Part shown: positions 48,683 to 59,454 of the stretch, piece after piece
How the letters are laid out: each line of letters begins with the position of its first letter
Position numbering within the stretch: the first letter of the stretch is position 1
Translations under genes and position numbers: made by a program
Origin: Cyanobacteria bacterium P01_A01_bin.123
Lineage (GTDB): Bacteria; Cyanobacteriota; Cyanobacteriia; Phormidesmidales; Phormidesmidaceae
Direction: 5' to 3'
DNA length: 64,000 bases
Assembly (NCBI GenBank): GCA_039815185.1
Contig: JBCBZT010000002.1
Span: 32,001 to 96,000 of the forward strand
The notes under the pieces: generated by a model
Told to the model about the DNA's origin: nothing
Databases searched by the model: none
Seen by the model: only the letters and a program-made list of their open reading frames with translations

Positions 48683-51600
48683 TCAATCTGTAGAGCTTCC
48701 GGCAGACACAAGCTCACGTACTTTAGCCGTTTGATTATTTTTGGGTGTTGATTGACGGCGTTTGAAGAGTAGATAGGCGGCGGGTGTGAAATAGAGCGCC
48801 AAGATGGGAGAACCGCCGATACCCCCTGCGATCGCGATCGCTAAGGGTCGCCAAAACGGATCGCCATCCATTAGCAAGGGGACAAAGCCGACCATGGTGG
48901 TAATCGTGGTGGTTAAGACGTGGCGGGTGGCCTTGACCACAACGGCTTGCACCGCTTTAGGGTTGCCCTGGCTCGCCTCAGGGTCTTCGTTAAAGGCTGA
49001 GAGCACAATGATTGCCCCGTTAATCGCAATCCCAACTAGCCCCATAATGCCGACGATCGCCATGAAGCCCATCAGCGACCCAAACACCTTGAGCGCAAAT
49101 AGGGCCATGCCGATCGATCCGATCGCGACTGCGGCCACAATGCCCGCCTGCCGAAAGGAACCCAAAGACAAGACTAGCGCGGTTACCATCACCAGCAATA
49201 GCAGCGGCACATAGAGCAGCAGGTTGCCGACAGCCGAGTTGCGGGCTTCATATTCACCGCCAAACTCGTACCCATAACCGGGCGGTAACTCAAAATTTTC
49301 AGCCGCTAGTTTATCTTGCAGGGCGGTAAGCACCTGGCTGGGCAACACCCCAGCGGTGATAAATATTTGCAGGGTATTGACCCGCTGCTCATCCCGGCGG
49401 GCAATGCTGGCGGCCTCGGGCAAAAGTTCAAATTCCCCGAGGGCAGCGGTGGGGCGAAATGCCCGATCTTGGCCTTGATCGGGCCTCAAATCGAGAGATG
49501 CCAGCCTTTCTAGGCTAGCCCGGTCGGGATTCGCCAAGCGCACCCGCACGGGAAGATTTTCGGTCGATTCCAAAATTGCGCCACCCGTCACCCCTTCTGA
49601 ATAGGCTGCCAGCTGTTGGGCAATGGTGGTGTTGTCGAGCTGGGCCTGCTGCACCTGTTCGTTGTCTACCACCAGACCCAACTTGGGGAGCCCTGCAGTC
49701 AAGTCATCCCGCACTTGCACCACATCTGGAATTTGGGTCGCCATTTCTCGCACCTGGATACCAAACTGCCGCAGCGTTTCAATATCGGGGCCGTAGAGAC
49801 GCATTTCCACGGGGGCGTCATAGGGGGGGCCTTGCTGGAGCTGTTGGGCCACAATCTGGGCTGAGGGAAACTGGGCGTCTAGCTCAAGCTGGAGTTCCTG
49901 GACGATACTTTGCACATTCTGCTTAGAGTGGAGCTGTACCATGGCTTGGGCATAGTGGGCTTGGTTTTGACGATTGCCCGTGAGGTTGTAGTAAAACTTG
50001 GGCGCGCTTTCGCCCATGAACCAGTGCACATCTTGGACGGCTTCGTGGGCCAGGATAGTCTCGCTGGCTTGATAAGTCATGGCGCGGGTATGGGCGATTG
50101 CGGTTTGGGGCGCAAACTCGATTTCAATCTGAAACTGGTCGCGGTTGACCAGCGGAAAAAACTGTTCCTCAAGGGTGCCAGCGGTGATAAAGCCGATCAG
50201 CGGTATGGCCAGGGTTACCGCAACGGCCAGTAAGGGCCGAGCTGTGACGCGACCGATTGACCCACGATACAGCCGACCCAAGCGGGGAGATGAAACCCCC
50301 TCATTCCACCAGGCACCGGGCTTCAGCAAAACCATCACCGCTTTATCGCGGAGGCTAGGTTGGGCACTGTGGCTGGCCCGTTCATAATCACGATTGCTGT
50401 TGCTGAGCATGCGCCCTGCCAGGGCTGCAATCACGGTCAGCGAAATCGCCAGGGACGAAATCAACGACAAAATTACGCTGAGGGCGATGGAGCCGACAAA
50501 CTCGCCTGCAGCCCCCGGTAGCAAATAAATCGGCAAAAAGGTGAGGACGGTGGTTAGGGTTGAGGCAAATAGCGGTACCTGTAGGTATTTGACGGTTCTG
50601 GTCACGGCCTGTAGCGGCGGCATCCCGTGCTGCAGTTCCACCTGAATTTCATCGACCACGACGACAGCATTGTCGATCAGCAACCCGAGGGCAATGATTA
50701 ACCCGGTGACCGACATTTGATGGATGGGCACACCGAAGACACTCATCCAGCCGAGGACGGCAAAAATGCTCAGCGGCAGGGCCAAACCCACTACCAGTGC
50801 TGATCGAAAGCCCATGCCCACCAGCGCCACCAGGATCACGAGCCCTGCCCCAAACACCAAATTCAAAATCAAGGTGCCGATGCGCTGGTCAACATAGCCG
50901 CTTTGATCAAATAGAACATCTAAGCTCACCCCTTCAGGCAGTCGTTCGCGAAAGGCCTCAAGCTGCGATCGCACTGCTGCCGCCCACTGATCAATCCTTA
51001 GTCCAGACTGCATCATCACCCCTAGGGCAACCGCCGGCTTGCCGCTGACAATCGCCTGATCGCTAAGGGGATAGCGGACCCCACGGCTGACCCCAGCAAT
51101 GTCACTGAGTCGCGTAAACTGACCGCCGCTGGTTTGAATCGGCAGTTGGCGAATTTGCTCTAGGGTTTTGAGTTCACTTTCAACCTCAATGGCCAAATTT
51201 TGGTCTGGGCTCCGCAGCTGTCCAGCGGTGACTTTGGCGTCGCTGAGGTTGACCTGCTGGGCCAGTTGCTGGGGAGATAACCCAACGCTGACCAGTTTTG
51301 AGGCGTCAATTTCCACCAAAATCTCTTCATCCGGGCTGCCAAAGAATTCCACCTCTTCAGTGCCGTCCACGCCCCGCATCACCACGGCTAACTCGTCGGC
51401 ATAGCGGCGCAACACGGCATAGTTGGGTTCGGTGGGCAGATTCCAAGTTAGTGAAGTGATCACGGTGTAGGCTTTGGTGCTGGCTTCATCTAGCTCTGGG
51501 GCGAGGGCACCAGTGGGGAACTCGGCAGCCGCATCAGCCATTTCATCTCGCACCTTGGCCCAGATCGGTTGGGCGTTGTTCACCGCATCCACAAGTTCGA

Positions 51601-51883
51601 CCAGTACTGTTGAAAACCCGACCCGCGAGTCGGATTCTAAAACGTCAATTTCCTCAAGTTCTGACAGTTCCTCTTCGAGCACAGTGGTCACCAGTGCTTC
51701 AACTCGCTCGGCACTGGCCCCCGGAAAGGCCGTTTTGACCACCGCGACCCGTGACACCAGTTCAGGATCTTCTTGACGCGGCAGGGCCTGAAAGGAAGAG
51801 ATCCCCCAGGCTAAAAGCATGACGATGGTGAGAATTAGGAGGCGAATATTTTTATAAAAGGGGCGGACCATGGGTTTCTCCAA
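48683..51883 (-). CDS. RND efflux permease
   Basis: PGASAERVE, GLLIDNAVVV, PLAIAIAGG; 1066 aa. Confidence 0.92.
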   Translation of the reverse strand: MEKPMVRPFYKNIRLLILTIVMLLAWGISSFQALPRQEDPELVSRVAVVKTAFPGASAERVEALVTTVLEEELSELEEIDVLESDSRVGFSTVLVELVDAVNNAQPIWAKVRDEMADAAAEFPTGALAPELDEASTKAYTVITSLTWNLPTEPNYAVLRRYADELAVVMRGVDGTEEVEFFGSPDEEILVEIDASKLVSVGLSPQQLAQQVNLSDAKVTAGQLRSPDQNLAIEVESELKTLEQIRQLPIQTSGGQFTRLSDIAGVSRGVRYPLSDQAIVSGKPAVALGVMMQSGLRIDQWAAAVRSQLEAFRERLPEGVSLDVLFDQSGYVDQRIGTLILNLVFGAGLVILVALVGMGFRSALVVGLALPLSIFAVLGWMSVFGVPIHQMSVTGLIIALGLLIDNAVVVVDEIQVELQHGMPPLQAVTRTVKYLQVPLFASTLTTVLTFLPIYLLPGAAGEFVGSIALSVILSLISSLAISLTVIAALAGRMLSNSNRDYERASHSAQPSLRDKAVMVLLKPGAWWNEGVSSPRLGRLYRGSIGRVTARPLLAVAVTLAIPLIGFITAGTLEEQFFPLVNRDQFQIEIEFAPQTAIAHTRAMTYQASETILAHEAVQDVHWFMGESAPKFYYNLTGNRQNQAHYAQAMVQLHSKQNVQSIVQELQLELDAQFPSAQIVAQQLQQGPPYDAPVEMRLYGPDIETLRQFGIQVREMATQIPDVVQVRDDLTAGLPKLGLVVDNEQVQQAQLDNTTIAQQLAAYSEGVTGGAILESTENLPVRVRLANPDRASLERLASLDLRPDQGQDRAFRPTAALGEFELLPEAASIARRDEQRVNTLQIFITAGVLPSQVLTALQDKLAAENFELPPGYGYEFGGEYEARNSAVGNLLLYVPLLLLVMVTALVLSLGSFRQAGIVAAVAIGSIGMALFALKVFGSLMGFMAIVGIMGLVGIAINGAIIVLSAFNEDPEASQGNPKAVQAVVVKATRHVLTTTITTMVGFVPLLMDGDPFWRPLAIAIAGGIGGSPILALYFTPAAYLLFKRRQSTPKNNQTAKVRELVSAGSSTD

Positions 51884-51889
51884 ATTCCT

Positions 51890-53278
51890 CTACAAGGGCT
51901 GGACTTGTTGTCCTGGTACGAGGCGATGGGTGCCATTGGCCACAATGCGATCGCCGGATTGTAGCGTCCCGCGTACCAAGACCCGCTCGGCTTCCTGATG
52001 GATAATCTCGACGGCTTGGGGCTGAACTTCGTAATGGTCTGGATTATTGTCATTGGGTTGAACCAGCACGTAGCAGTTCCACAATCCTCGAATGCCTTGG
52101 GTTAAGGCCTCGGTGGGTAGCCAAACGCCATCGGCTGGAATCGTATCCACCATTTCTACCCGCGCGGTTTGCCCCGGGCTCAGGTTGGTAATGGCGGCTT
52201 CTGCTAAGCGAAACACCACAATTTGGGTGCGGGTTTCGGCATCGACTTCTGGCAAGATCGCGACCACGGTTGCCGAGTAGGTTTCTGAACCAAGTTTGAG
52301 GGTTTGAGTGTTGCCCACTTGCAGTTGATTGACCGTATCTGTCGGCATGCCGATTCGCGCTTCTGGGGCTGCATTTTCCACCAGCCGAACGACGGATTGC
52401 CCTGAGCTGACAACGGTTCCTTCGTCAATTTGCCGGGTTGAAATAATGCCGTCAAAGGGGGCAGTGATGGTGCTTTTGCGGATGTTGACATCGACGTTTG
52501 CGATTCTGGCATCAAGCTGCTGAACCCGAGCTTGCTGGGCGGCGATTTGTTCTTGACGGGTGCCGTTGCGCAGCTCTCGCAAATTGCTGCGTGTTTGATC
52601 CAAGCGGGCCTCTAATGATCCTTGGCCAAAAGCAAATTCATCCAGTTCTTCTCTAGAAATTGCGCCTTCGGTGTAGAGGGCTTCGCGACGCGATCGCTGG
52701 GTTTGTTGCAAGGCGAGCTGCTGCTCTAGATCTCGCACAGCTGCTTCAGCAGCGGCGATATCTTCACTCCGGGGGCCGGTTTGCAGCTCGTTGAGTTGGG
52801 CCATGGCCTCTGCCTTTTCGGCTTCGAGCTGTTGCCGTTCGGTTTGCAGATTGCTGGTATCTAGGCGGGCAAGGGGGGTGCCAGCCGTAACGCGATCGCC
52901 CTCTTGGACGGTGACCTCAACCAATTGTCCCCCCCGTTCAAATCCCAAGTCGCTAGAACGCAGGGCAGCAATCTCACCCGTGTAGGCCCTTGACACCTCG
53001 TAGCTGGAAACAGTTTCAACGGTGAGCATCTCGACCGGCAACACTCTGGCCCCATTGGTTGCGCTCGATTCTGCCGCTGGCGCCAACTGTGTTTTGACAA
53101 TGGGGACGGCAAAAGTGAGCAACAACCCGGCTGTGCCAATACTGATCAACAAACGGGGATAGCGATTAAATTGCCGATGTAAATGGCTCACAATGCCGAG
53201 TTTGGAACGGGTGTGAATCTGTTTTGATAGCAGGGAATTAGACATCTTGATATCTCTGGAGGAGCAATTGTTGGTCAA
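51890..53278 (-). CDS. RND membrane fusion protein (start probably about 53245)
   Basis: V.EGDRV..G..LA.LD, coiled-coil hairpin, ITAPFDG. Confidence 0.9.
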   Translation of the reverse strand: MTNNCSSRDIKMSNSLLSKQIHTRSKLGIVSHLHRQFNRYPRLLISIGTAGLLLTFAVPIVKTQLAPAAESSATNGARVLPVEMLTVETVSSYEVSRAYTGEIAALRSSDLGFERGGQLVEVTVQEGDRVTAGTPLARLDTSNLQTERQQLEAEKAEAMAQLNELQTGPRSEDIAAAEAAVRDLEQQLALQQTQRSRREALYTEGAISREELDEFAFGQGSLEARLDQTRSNLRELRNGTRQEQIAAQQARVQQLDARIANVDVNIRKSTITAPFDGIISTRQIDEGTVVSSGQSVVRLVENAAPEARIGMPTDTVNQLQVGNTQTLKLGSETYSATVVAILPEVDAETRTQIVVFRLAEAAITNLSPGQTARVEMVDTIPADGVWLPTEALTQGIRGLWNCYVLVQPNDNNPDHYEVQPQAVEIIHQEAERVLVRGTLQSGDRIVANGTHRLVPGQQVQPL

Positions 53279-53360
53279 ACGTATGTTTTAATTTGATTCA
53301 GCAATTTAATTTTTGTCGCTATTCAAACGGTCGTTTGATATAATTAAAACGTACGTTTGA
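53275..53360. promoter_or_regulatory. Three palindromic TetR operator-like sites
   Basis: TCAAACGTATGTTTTA (53275), TCAAACGGTCGTTTGA (53323), TAAAACGTACGTTTGA (53345), between the divergent MFP and tetR genes. Confidence 0.75.
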
Positions 53361-53493
53361 ATAAATCGCAAGGAAATCGTTTAGCCCATTGCTTACAAGG
53401 GGTTGCCGGCGGGGAAGGCAACGATTTCCTGTGCGGATGTCGCCTCAAGCCGTTTCTCGTCTAGCATGAACGCAGTTTGTATGTTGTCAGGCT

Positions 53494-54132
53494 ATGGTTG
53501 CCGCCACTTTGACAGATACCAAAACAGATACTAAAGAACAGATTCTCAATGTTGCCGAGCGGCTGTTTGCCGAGCGGGGTTTTGTGGGTGCTACGCTCCG
53601 CAACGTGGTTGGTGAAGCTGGCGTCAATCTGGCAGCGGTACACTATCACTTTGGTTCTAAGGAAGAATTGTTTCGATCCGTCGTGGTTCGCATTGCTGAA
53701 CCCGTCGTCGAGCAAGAGCTACATCTCCTCAACCAGCTTCAGCAGCACGAAGAAGACCCATCGGTGGAAGCGATTTTAACGGCCCTATTGGCCCCACCCT
53801 TGGAATTGCTGACGACAGATGGCAGTGTTCAAATGGTGGTTAGGGCTCAGTTTATGGGCCGCTGCCGCACTGAACCAGAACCGATTCAAAGCATTGGTGA
53901 ACAAGCCTTTAGTGCAGCCAATCAGGCGTTTTTGGATGCCCTACAGCGAGCCTTGCCAGAACAATCGCGATCGCAGCTCCGCTGGAAACTCGATCTAGTG
54001 ATTGCAGCCTTAATTCGGGTTCTCAATGAGATCGGCAAACCGAATGCGTTGCTTCAAAGTAGTGCACCAGAAGATATCGAGCAAACGATTCCGCGACTGG
54101 TTAGTTTTCTGGCTGCAGGGATGCGGACTTGA
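53494..54132 (+). CDS. TetR-family regulator
   Basis: ILNVAERLFAERG...AGVNLAAVHYHFGSKEEL. Confidence 0.93.
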   Translation: MVAATLTDTKTDTKEQILNVAERLFAERGFVGATLRNVVGEAGVNLAAVHYHFGSKEELFRSVVVRIAEPVVEQELHLLNQLQQHEEDPSVEAILTALLAPPLELLTTDGSVQMVVRAQFMGRCRTEPEPIQSIGEQAFSAANQAFLDALQRALPEQSRSQLRWKLDLVIAALIRVLNEIGKPNALLQSSAPEDIEQTIPRLVSFLAAGMRT

Positions 54133-54190
54133 GAGGAAGGAGATTCCAGTTCAAGAGACCTTAACTCGTTGGCTGTAAGCGATCGCTCAG

Positions 54191-54403
54191 CTAAGCCAGT
54201 TTTAAAGCATTTACGGGTACATCTTCCCAAGTCTCAACAGTTCTAAGCCGGACAATCCAGCCAGCCTGTTGCTGTTCTGGGGTTAGATTTTGCTGAAATG
54301 ACTGATTACACGCCATTGCCTGGGTCTCATCGACACAGGCAATGCAGGCATAGAGAATGCCGCAGGGATCAATTTGTTCATTCACCCAAATAACGGTTGC
54401 CAT
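54191..54403 (-). CDS. Small conserved cyanobacterial hypothetical protein
   Basis: IWVNEQIDPCGILYACIAC...WEDVPVNALKL. Confidence 0.65.
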   Translation of the reverse strand: MATVIWVNEQIDPCGILYACIACVDETQAMACNQSFQQNLTPEQQQAGWIVRLRTVETWEDVPVNALKLA

Positions 54404-54476
54404 GTGCAGACTCCAGCAAAACACTTCCCATTAGCGTGACAGCCTGCGTAAGCGATGGCAAGGGGCAGTGACAGAC

Positions 54477-56240
54477 CTAGGATGCAGCCATTTCAGAGGT
54501 ATGCTCACCCGCAACACTGGTGATCGTTTGACGCATGTCTGCGATCGCCTGGAGCTGATAATCGCTAGCTTCTTGAAATTTAGCCAGTTCCCCAGCCAAC
54601 TCTTCTAGCTTTTGCTTGAGGGTATTGAGTTTCTCTTGGTTAGGAGTCAGTAGCTCTTCATAAAGGCCGACCTTACCGCGCAAAATCCCTAATTGATTGC
54701 GCTGTTCAAGCAGTTCTTCTTCAAGTTGCTTGATCGCGTCTCTCTGGCCTGAGTGATCGTCTGATTTCTTCTGGATCTCTTGTTTCAATCCGTCAATCTG
54801 TTCATGTAAGGCTTTGACATCGTCTTCGAGCTGCTGCAAGTGGGTCGAGGTTTGTTGCCGAAAACTATCAATTTGAGTTAGCAATGGCTCTAAATCGATA
54901 GAACTTGCAGGGGCTGCTTCCTCCGTGCTTAATCCCTGACGACGCATTAACACCGCTTGATGCTGACTCAAAATTTCCTGCCGTTCCAACAGGTTCCGTC
55001 GTTGACCCACCAGGGTTTCATTTAACATCTGGTAGCGGTCTTGCTCTTCAGCCAATTCTGTTTCCATCTGGAGGCGCTCGTATTCACTGACCTCAGGCAT
55101 TTTGACCTTGATTTCATCAATGGCCTGCTGCTGGAGTGTGAGTTCTTCCTCTTGCTCGTTCACAAATCGGGATACTTTGTCTAAGTCTTTCTCGAGATCA
55201 GACACGGTTGACTGCAAATCTTCCATGGACATGGTTTCCAAGGCACTAACGTCCACTTTGTCTCCTAGCCGGACTTTGTCTGACGTGTTCAATAATGCAT
55301 AAACTTGCTGATGCAGGTTGCTTTGAGCCTGCTGGGTCTCGGAAATCGCCTTAATTTGTCGTTGCTTTTGCTCCAACAAACCCTGCTGAAGCTTGAGATC
55401 GGCTTTGAGATTCGATAATTGAGCGTCTGACTCGTGCCAGCTTTTCCAGCGATCGCGGATCTCATCTGCCTGCTGACCAACGTGATCTTGCTGCTCGTTT
55501 AGCTTGGAACGATCTTGCTCCAGCATTTGCCAAGATTCATCAAGCTTGCCTTGATGACTACCCACGCCATCAAGAGCCGAATTGAGCTGCTCACGGATCG
55601 ATTCTGTAGGGGCGATCGCCCCTGTTAGGCGACTCAGAGACTCCTGAATACGCTGCATCTCAGCTTCACCCAGACCAGACTGTAGCTGCATCTCCTCCTG
55701 CCGTTCTTCCAGCCGCCGCATTTCACCATTGAGATGGGCCCAAGCACCGTCTAACTCCTGGGTTTTCCGTTCTAGTTCCTGTCGCAGTTGCTCCACTTCA
55801 GACCGAGAAGACTCAACCTCCTCGCGTTGATCCTCTAATCGTTCGACATCTGCCTCAGCCTGCTCGATTTGCTCCTGCCGAGCTTCCATTTCCATCTCTC
55901 GGCGATTCAGTTCCTGGCTCTGAAACGTCAGTGACTGCTTCCACTGTTCAATCTCTTCTTCCTGCGCTTTAAATTTCTTATTGAGATTTGAGAAGTTTTG
56001 CAAGATTGAGACCAGTTGGCGTCCGGCTTCAGAGTGACGCTGGATCTGACGATTATTACTCAGGTCAACCATGACCAAAGTCCCCGCACCGTAGGTGGCA
56101 TCGTCAGGCGCTGAGATTACCTCCTCTCCAGGTACAGCGCTCCAGCTCTGTTCACTGCGCTGGCAGGCTAAAAGCTTAAACTCGGCTTTTCCGCTACCGA
56201 TAAATCCACTCTTCCTCTGTACTTCAGCTAAATACAGCAC
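54477..56240 (-). CDS. hmpF: Pilus motility/taxis coiled-coil protein HmpF
   Basis: MLYLAEVQ...KLLACQRSEQSWSAV, EEEIEQWKQSLTFQSQELNRRE; divergent from the chemosensory cluster. Confidence 0.85.
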   Translation of the reverse strand: MLYLAEVQRKSGFIGSGKAEFKLLACQRSEQSWSAVPGEEVISAPDDATYGAGTLVMVDLSNNRQIQRHSEAGRQLVSILQNFSNLNKKFKAQEEEIEQWKQSLTFQSQELNRREMEMEARQEQIEQAEADVERLEDQREEVESSRSEVEQLRQELERKTQELDGAWAHLNGEMRRLEERQEEMQLQSGLGEAEMQRIQESLSRLTGAIAPTESIREQLNSALDGVGSHQGKLDESWQMLEQDRSKLNEQQDHVGQQADEIRDRWKSWHESDAQLSNLKADLKLQQGLLEQKQRQIKAISETQQAQSNLHQQVYALLNTSDKVRLGDKVDVSALETMSMEDLQSTVSDLEKDLDKVSRFVNEQEEELTLQQQAIDEIKVKMPEVSEYERLQMETELAEEQDRYQMLNETLVGQRRNLLERQEILSQHQAVLMRRQGLSTEEAAPASSIDLEPLLTQIDSFRQQTSTHLQQLEDDVKALHEQIDGLKQEIQKKSDDHSGQRDAIKQLEEELLEQRNQLGILRGKVGLYEELLTPNQEKLNTLKQKLEELAGELAKFQEASDYQLQAIADMRQTITSVAGEHTSEMAAS

Positions 56241-56971
56241 GCTGATCGTCCTCTTTATAACTGGTGCCTAACTTGTTGCCAAGATAAATGAGGGGTCACC
56301 CCTAATTGCCCCTCTAGAAACCTGTGGAACCAGCCTACGGGTTTCAAAATTGAGATTAAACAGCAAACCTCAACCTCGTTCGTGCCTAAAAACAATTTAC
56401 TTGGACACGCCATAGATGATTCTGCCCAGATTTTAACGATGAAACCGAGGTATGACATTAGCCTCGTCTGAGCTCTACGACACAACCTTACGATTACCAA
56501 AGCATAGCCTTGTTCCCATTTGAGGGGGCAGACCGCAGACAGAGCCTCGCCACTAGTATAATTCTGCTCCAATCGATCAACATCTGCTACAGATGTCCCT
56601 TATCGCTTAATTTATTCATTTATAGTAGCTTGACCTCCAAAAAACAGACAAAGAGCCTACTGAAACAAGTTGCTCTCCGTGGTTGCAGCCAATCCATAAT
56701 CCGATAATTCCTGAATTATTATAGAGAAACGCGAATTATACTAAGGGCACATAGTAAGCCTAAATTGGCCATTGGGCATTTTACGTGGTTCTGGATCCGC
56801 CCAAATTCTGGTTATCCAGTTCATTGGAGACTGCCTAGTCCGCAATTGGCTCAATGGCGTAAGATTTTGGCATGGGTTGCTTCAACCTTTGATAACACCG
56901 CTGCTTGGCAGGCTTGGACATCAGTCTTTACAGGTTTCGCATCTTTATAAGTTTTTCCTTCCCGAGGCTTC

Positions 56972-58231
56972 ATGCAGGGACATCTCAATGAAATTGACAT
57001 TCGTAGTATTCTGCAGCTGATTGAGTTAGGCCAGCGCACTGGGGAATTGTACGTTGAAGCTTATGTTGAGGCTGAAGCTGATCGACTCACTGACGCTACC
57101 GGAGATGCCCATCGGGTTCAGCAGGCTTGGTTAGTCTTTTTCTTTAATGGCCAAATTGTTTATGCGGGCAAAACAGATGGCCATTTAGGGCGACTCCGTG
57201 ATTACCTGCACCGTTATGGCTTAGATTATCGGCTCGACAGCACAGTTGTTTCAAAAATTGCCGCGCTGAATTCGCCAGAATATGGCTATTTTTGGACACT
57301 CCTAGAGCAGCATGTCGTCTCTGCCGAGCAGGGTCGTGCCATTCTTCAGGGCATGGTGCACGAGACTTTGTTCGATTTGCTGAGTCTACATCAAGGCTCT
57401 TTTGTGTTTAAGCTCAGCTCAGCGCTGAGTCCTCAACTGATGACGCTAGAGATTGGCCCCCTACTGGCCAATACGATGAAACAGATTCAAGAGTGGAAGC
57501 AATTTCATCCCCATATTCAATCCCCTCAACAACGCCTTGTGATCCCAGATGCTGAGAAACTCAAGGCGCTAATGCCTGAAGTAGCCTTTGTAAAACTTGC
57601 CCACTGGATCAATGGGGAACGCTCAATTCGCCAATTGGCCCGTTATCTAGGACGCGAGATTCCGACCTTTGCTAAAGCCATCTACCCCTACGTGCGGCGG
57701 GGGTTAATCCAATGTGCCCCACTTTCCCTAGAAACGAGCGAAAGGGCGCTTAAAAAGCCAGAAATTTGGCAAGAAACCGAAGTTCCTCGGATCGTTTGCA
57801 TCGATGATGGTGCTGTGATTAGGCAAGCCGTGGAGCAAATTTTAGATAGTTATGGCTATGAGGTGACCTCAATTGGGAATCCCCTTAAGGCTTTGGGGCT
57901 GTTATTTCAGCTCAATCCAGATTTGATTTTGTGTGATATTGCCATGCCTGAGCTAGAAGGCTACGAAATATGCGCTATGTTGCGTCATTCGTCTGCGTTT
58001 CGGCAAACCCCGATTGTGATGTTAACCGGTAGAGATGGCTTCATTGATCGGGTCAAAGCTCGGATGACTGGGGCGACAGACTATCTGACAAAACCTTTTG
58101 GAGCCCATGAATTACTCATGCTGGTGGAGAAATATGTTGGGGCGGGAAATCCTCAGCGCCCCAAGCCAGAGCATCTGCTAGCAGCGGCGATTCAAGATGA
58201 ACTAGAACTTGATATTCAAGGCTCCATTTAG
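56972..58231 (+). CDS. PatA-family response regulator (PATAN + REC; HmpA/PilG-like)
   Basis: GHLNEIDIRSILQLIELGQRTGEL; C-terminal REC domain CIDD, CDIAMP, KPF. Confidence 0.88.
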   Translation: MQGHLNEIDIRSILQLIELGQRTGELYVEAYVEAEADRLTDATGDAHRVQQAWLVFFFNGQIVYAGKTDGHLGRLRDYLHRYGLDYRLDSTVVSKIAALNSPEYGYFWTLLEQHVVSAEQGRAILQGMVHETLFDLLSLHQGSFVFKLSSALSPQLMTLEIGPLLANTMKQIQEWKQFHPHIQSPQQRLVIPDAEKLKALMPEVAFVKLAHWINGERSIRQLARYLGREIPTFAKAIYPYVRRGLIQCAPLSLETSERALKKPEIWQETEVPRIVCIDDGAVIRQAVEQILDSYGYEVTSIGNPLKALGLLFQLNPDLILCDIAMPELEGYEICAMLRHSSAFRQTPIVMLTGRDGFIDRVKARMTGATDYLTKPFGAHELLMLVEKYVGAGNPQRPKPEHLLAAAIQDELELDIQGSI

Positions 58232-58499
58232 GTTGGGTAGGTTTAGGGTGGCCTAAAACAGCTAACTTTTGTTGAGTTTCTGAGGATATGTTGGGCACCT
58301 AGGTACCGTAGAGGCGTGATTTCTATGGAGGATTTTTGAGAAAACTTTAGCAATTCGGAGATTTGGGGGTACCTTATTAGTCACGGGCGCTCTGCGGCTA
58401 TGTGGTGTTGCTCAAAGTAGTGTCGCGTTAGCATCTTAAGAAGTGGTATCTTTTCTAGTTTTTCTGCCAGCAGGGATTCTATTGGTGGGTCGTTAGGGT

Positions 58500-58865
58500 A
58501 TGGGCACAGTTTTGGTGGTGGAAGACAGTGTTGCTCAGCGGGAAATGATTACTGAGCTACTTAGGAAAAGTGGTCTTGATGTTACCGTTGCCAGTGATGG
58601 GGAAGAAGCTCTGGCGGCGATTCAGGGAAAGATGCCGGATTTGGTTGTACTTGACATTGTGATGCCAAAGATGAACGGATATGAAGTGTGTCGGCGGATT
58701 AAGGCCGATCCGACAACTCAAGATGTGCCAGTGGTTATGTGTTCGTCTAAGGGCGAGGAGTTTGACCGTTACTGGGGGATGAAGCAGGGGGCAGATGCTT
58801 ACATCGCTAAGCCATTTCAACCCACTGAACTGATCGGTACGGTTAAGCAATTGTTGCGAGGGTAA
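58500..58865 (+). CDS. CheY-like response regulator (HmpB/PilH-like)
   Basis: VVED, LDIVMP, DRYWGMKQGADAYIAKPF. Confidence 0.92.
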   Translation: MGTVLVVEDSVAQREMITELLRKSGLDVTVASDGEEALAAIQGKMPDLVVLDIVMPKMNGYEVCRRIKADPTTQDVPVVMCSSKGEEFDRYWGMKQGADAYIAKPFQPTELIGTVKQLLRG

Positions 58866-58880
58866 GGGCAGGTAAACACC

Positions 58881-59411
58881 ATGGTGGGCAATCCGGATTT
58901 TCAAACTGGCAGAGGCCAAGATCAAGCCCCTGAACTTCAAGAATTAGAAACGCCAGAAGGCGAACTCCACCTTCGTTTCTTTGTCGCATCAGGGGATGAA
59001 TTTGCACTGCCTGCCACTGGTATTCGTAGAATCATTGAACAGCCCCCTGATCGGATTACGCCTGTTCCTAATGTGTCGCCGCTGCTGCTGGGCACTTTGA
59101 ATGAGCAGGGTCGAGTTATCTGGGTTGCCGATTTGGGGCAATTTTTGGGTTATTCGAAGCAGTTGAATACAGATCGCTCAGAAATTCCGGTGATCGCGGT
59201 TGAAGACCAAGGAACTATGCTAGGCTTAGCCGTTAACCAGATTGTTGGTACTGAATGGCTTGATGTGGAAGAAGTGCATCTATCTAGGAATTACCCAGAT
59301 ACGATGGCTCCTTTCCTAAAGGGAGAGTGGATAGTTGCTTCAGAAAGTGATCGGACACTCAGACTACTCGATCAGATCGCGATTTTGCGGTCTGCAAGAT
59401 GGGCCGCTTAA
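58881..59411 (+). CDS. CheW-like adaptor (HmpC/PilI-like)
   Basis: ITPVPNVSPLLLGTLNEQGRVIWVADL. Confidence 0.9.
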   Translation: MVGNPDFQTGRGQDQAPELQELETPEGELHLRFFVASGDEFALPATGIRRIIEQPPDRITPVPNVSPLLLGTLNEQGRVIWVADLGQFLGYSKQLNTDRSEIPVIAVEDQGTMLGLAVNQIVGTEWLDVEEVHLSRNYPDTMAPFLKGEWIVASESDRTLRLLDQIAILRSARWAA

Positions 59412-59454
59412 CCCGGCGATTGATTTGGATGCTTGCACTGGCAGGAGAAGGTAA

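Noticed and set aside
56241..56971. ORFs or an ncRNA in the 730-bp hmpF-patA intergenic region
   Set aside because: The short ORFs have no recognisable features and I could not support a structured RNA; probably a divergent promoter region.
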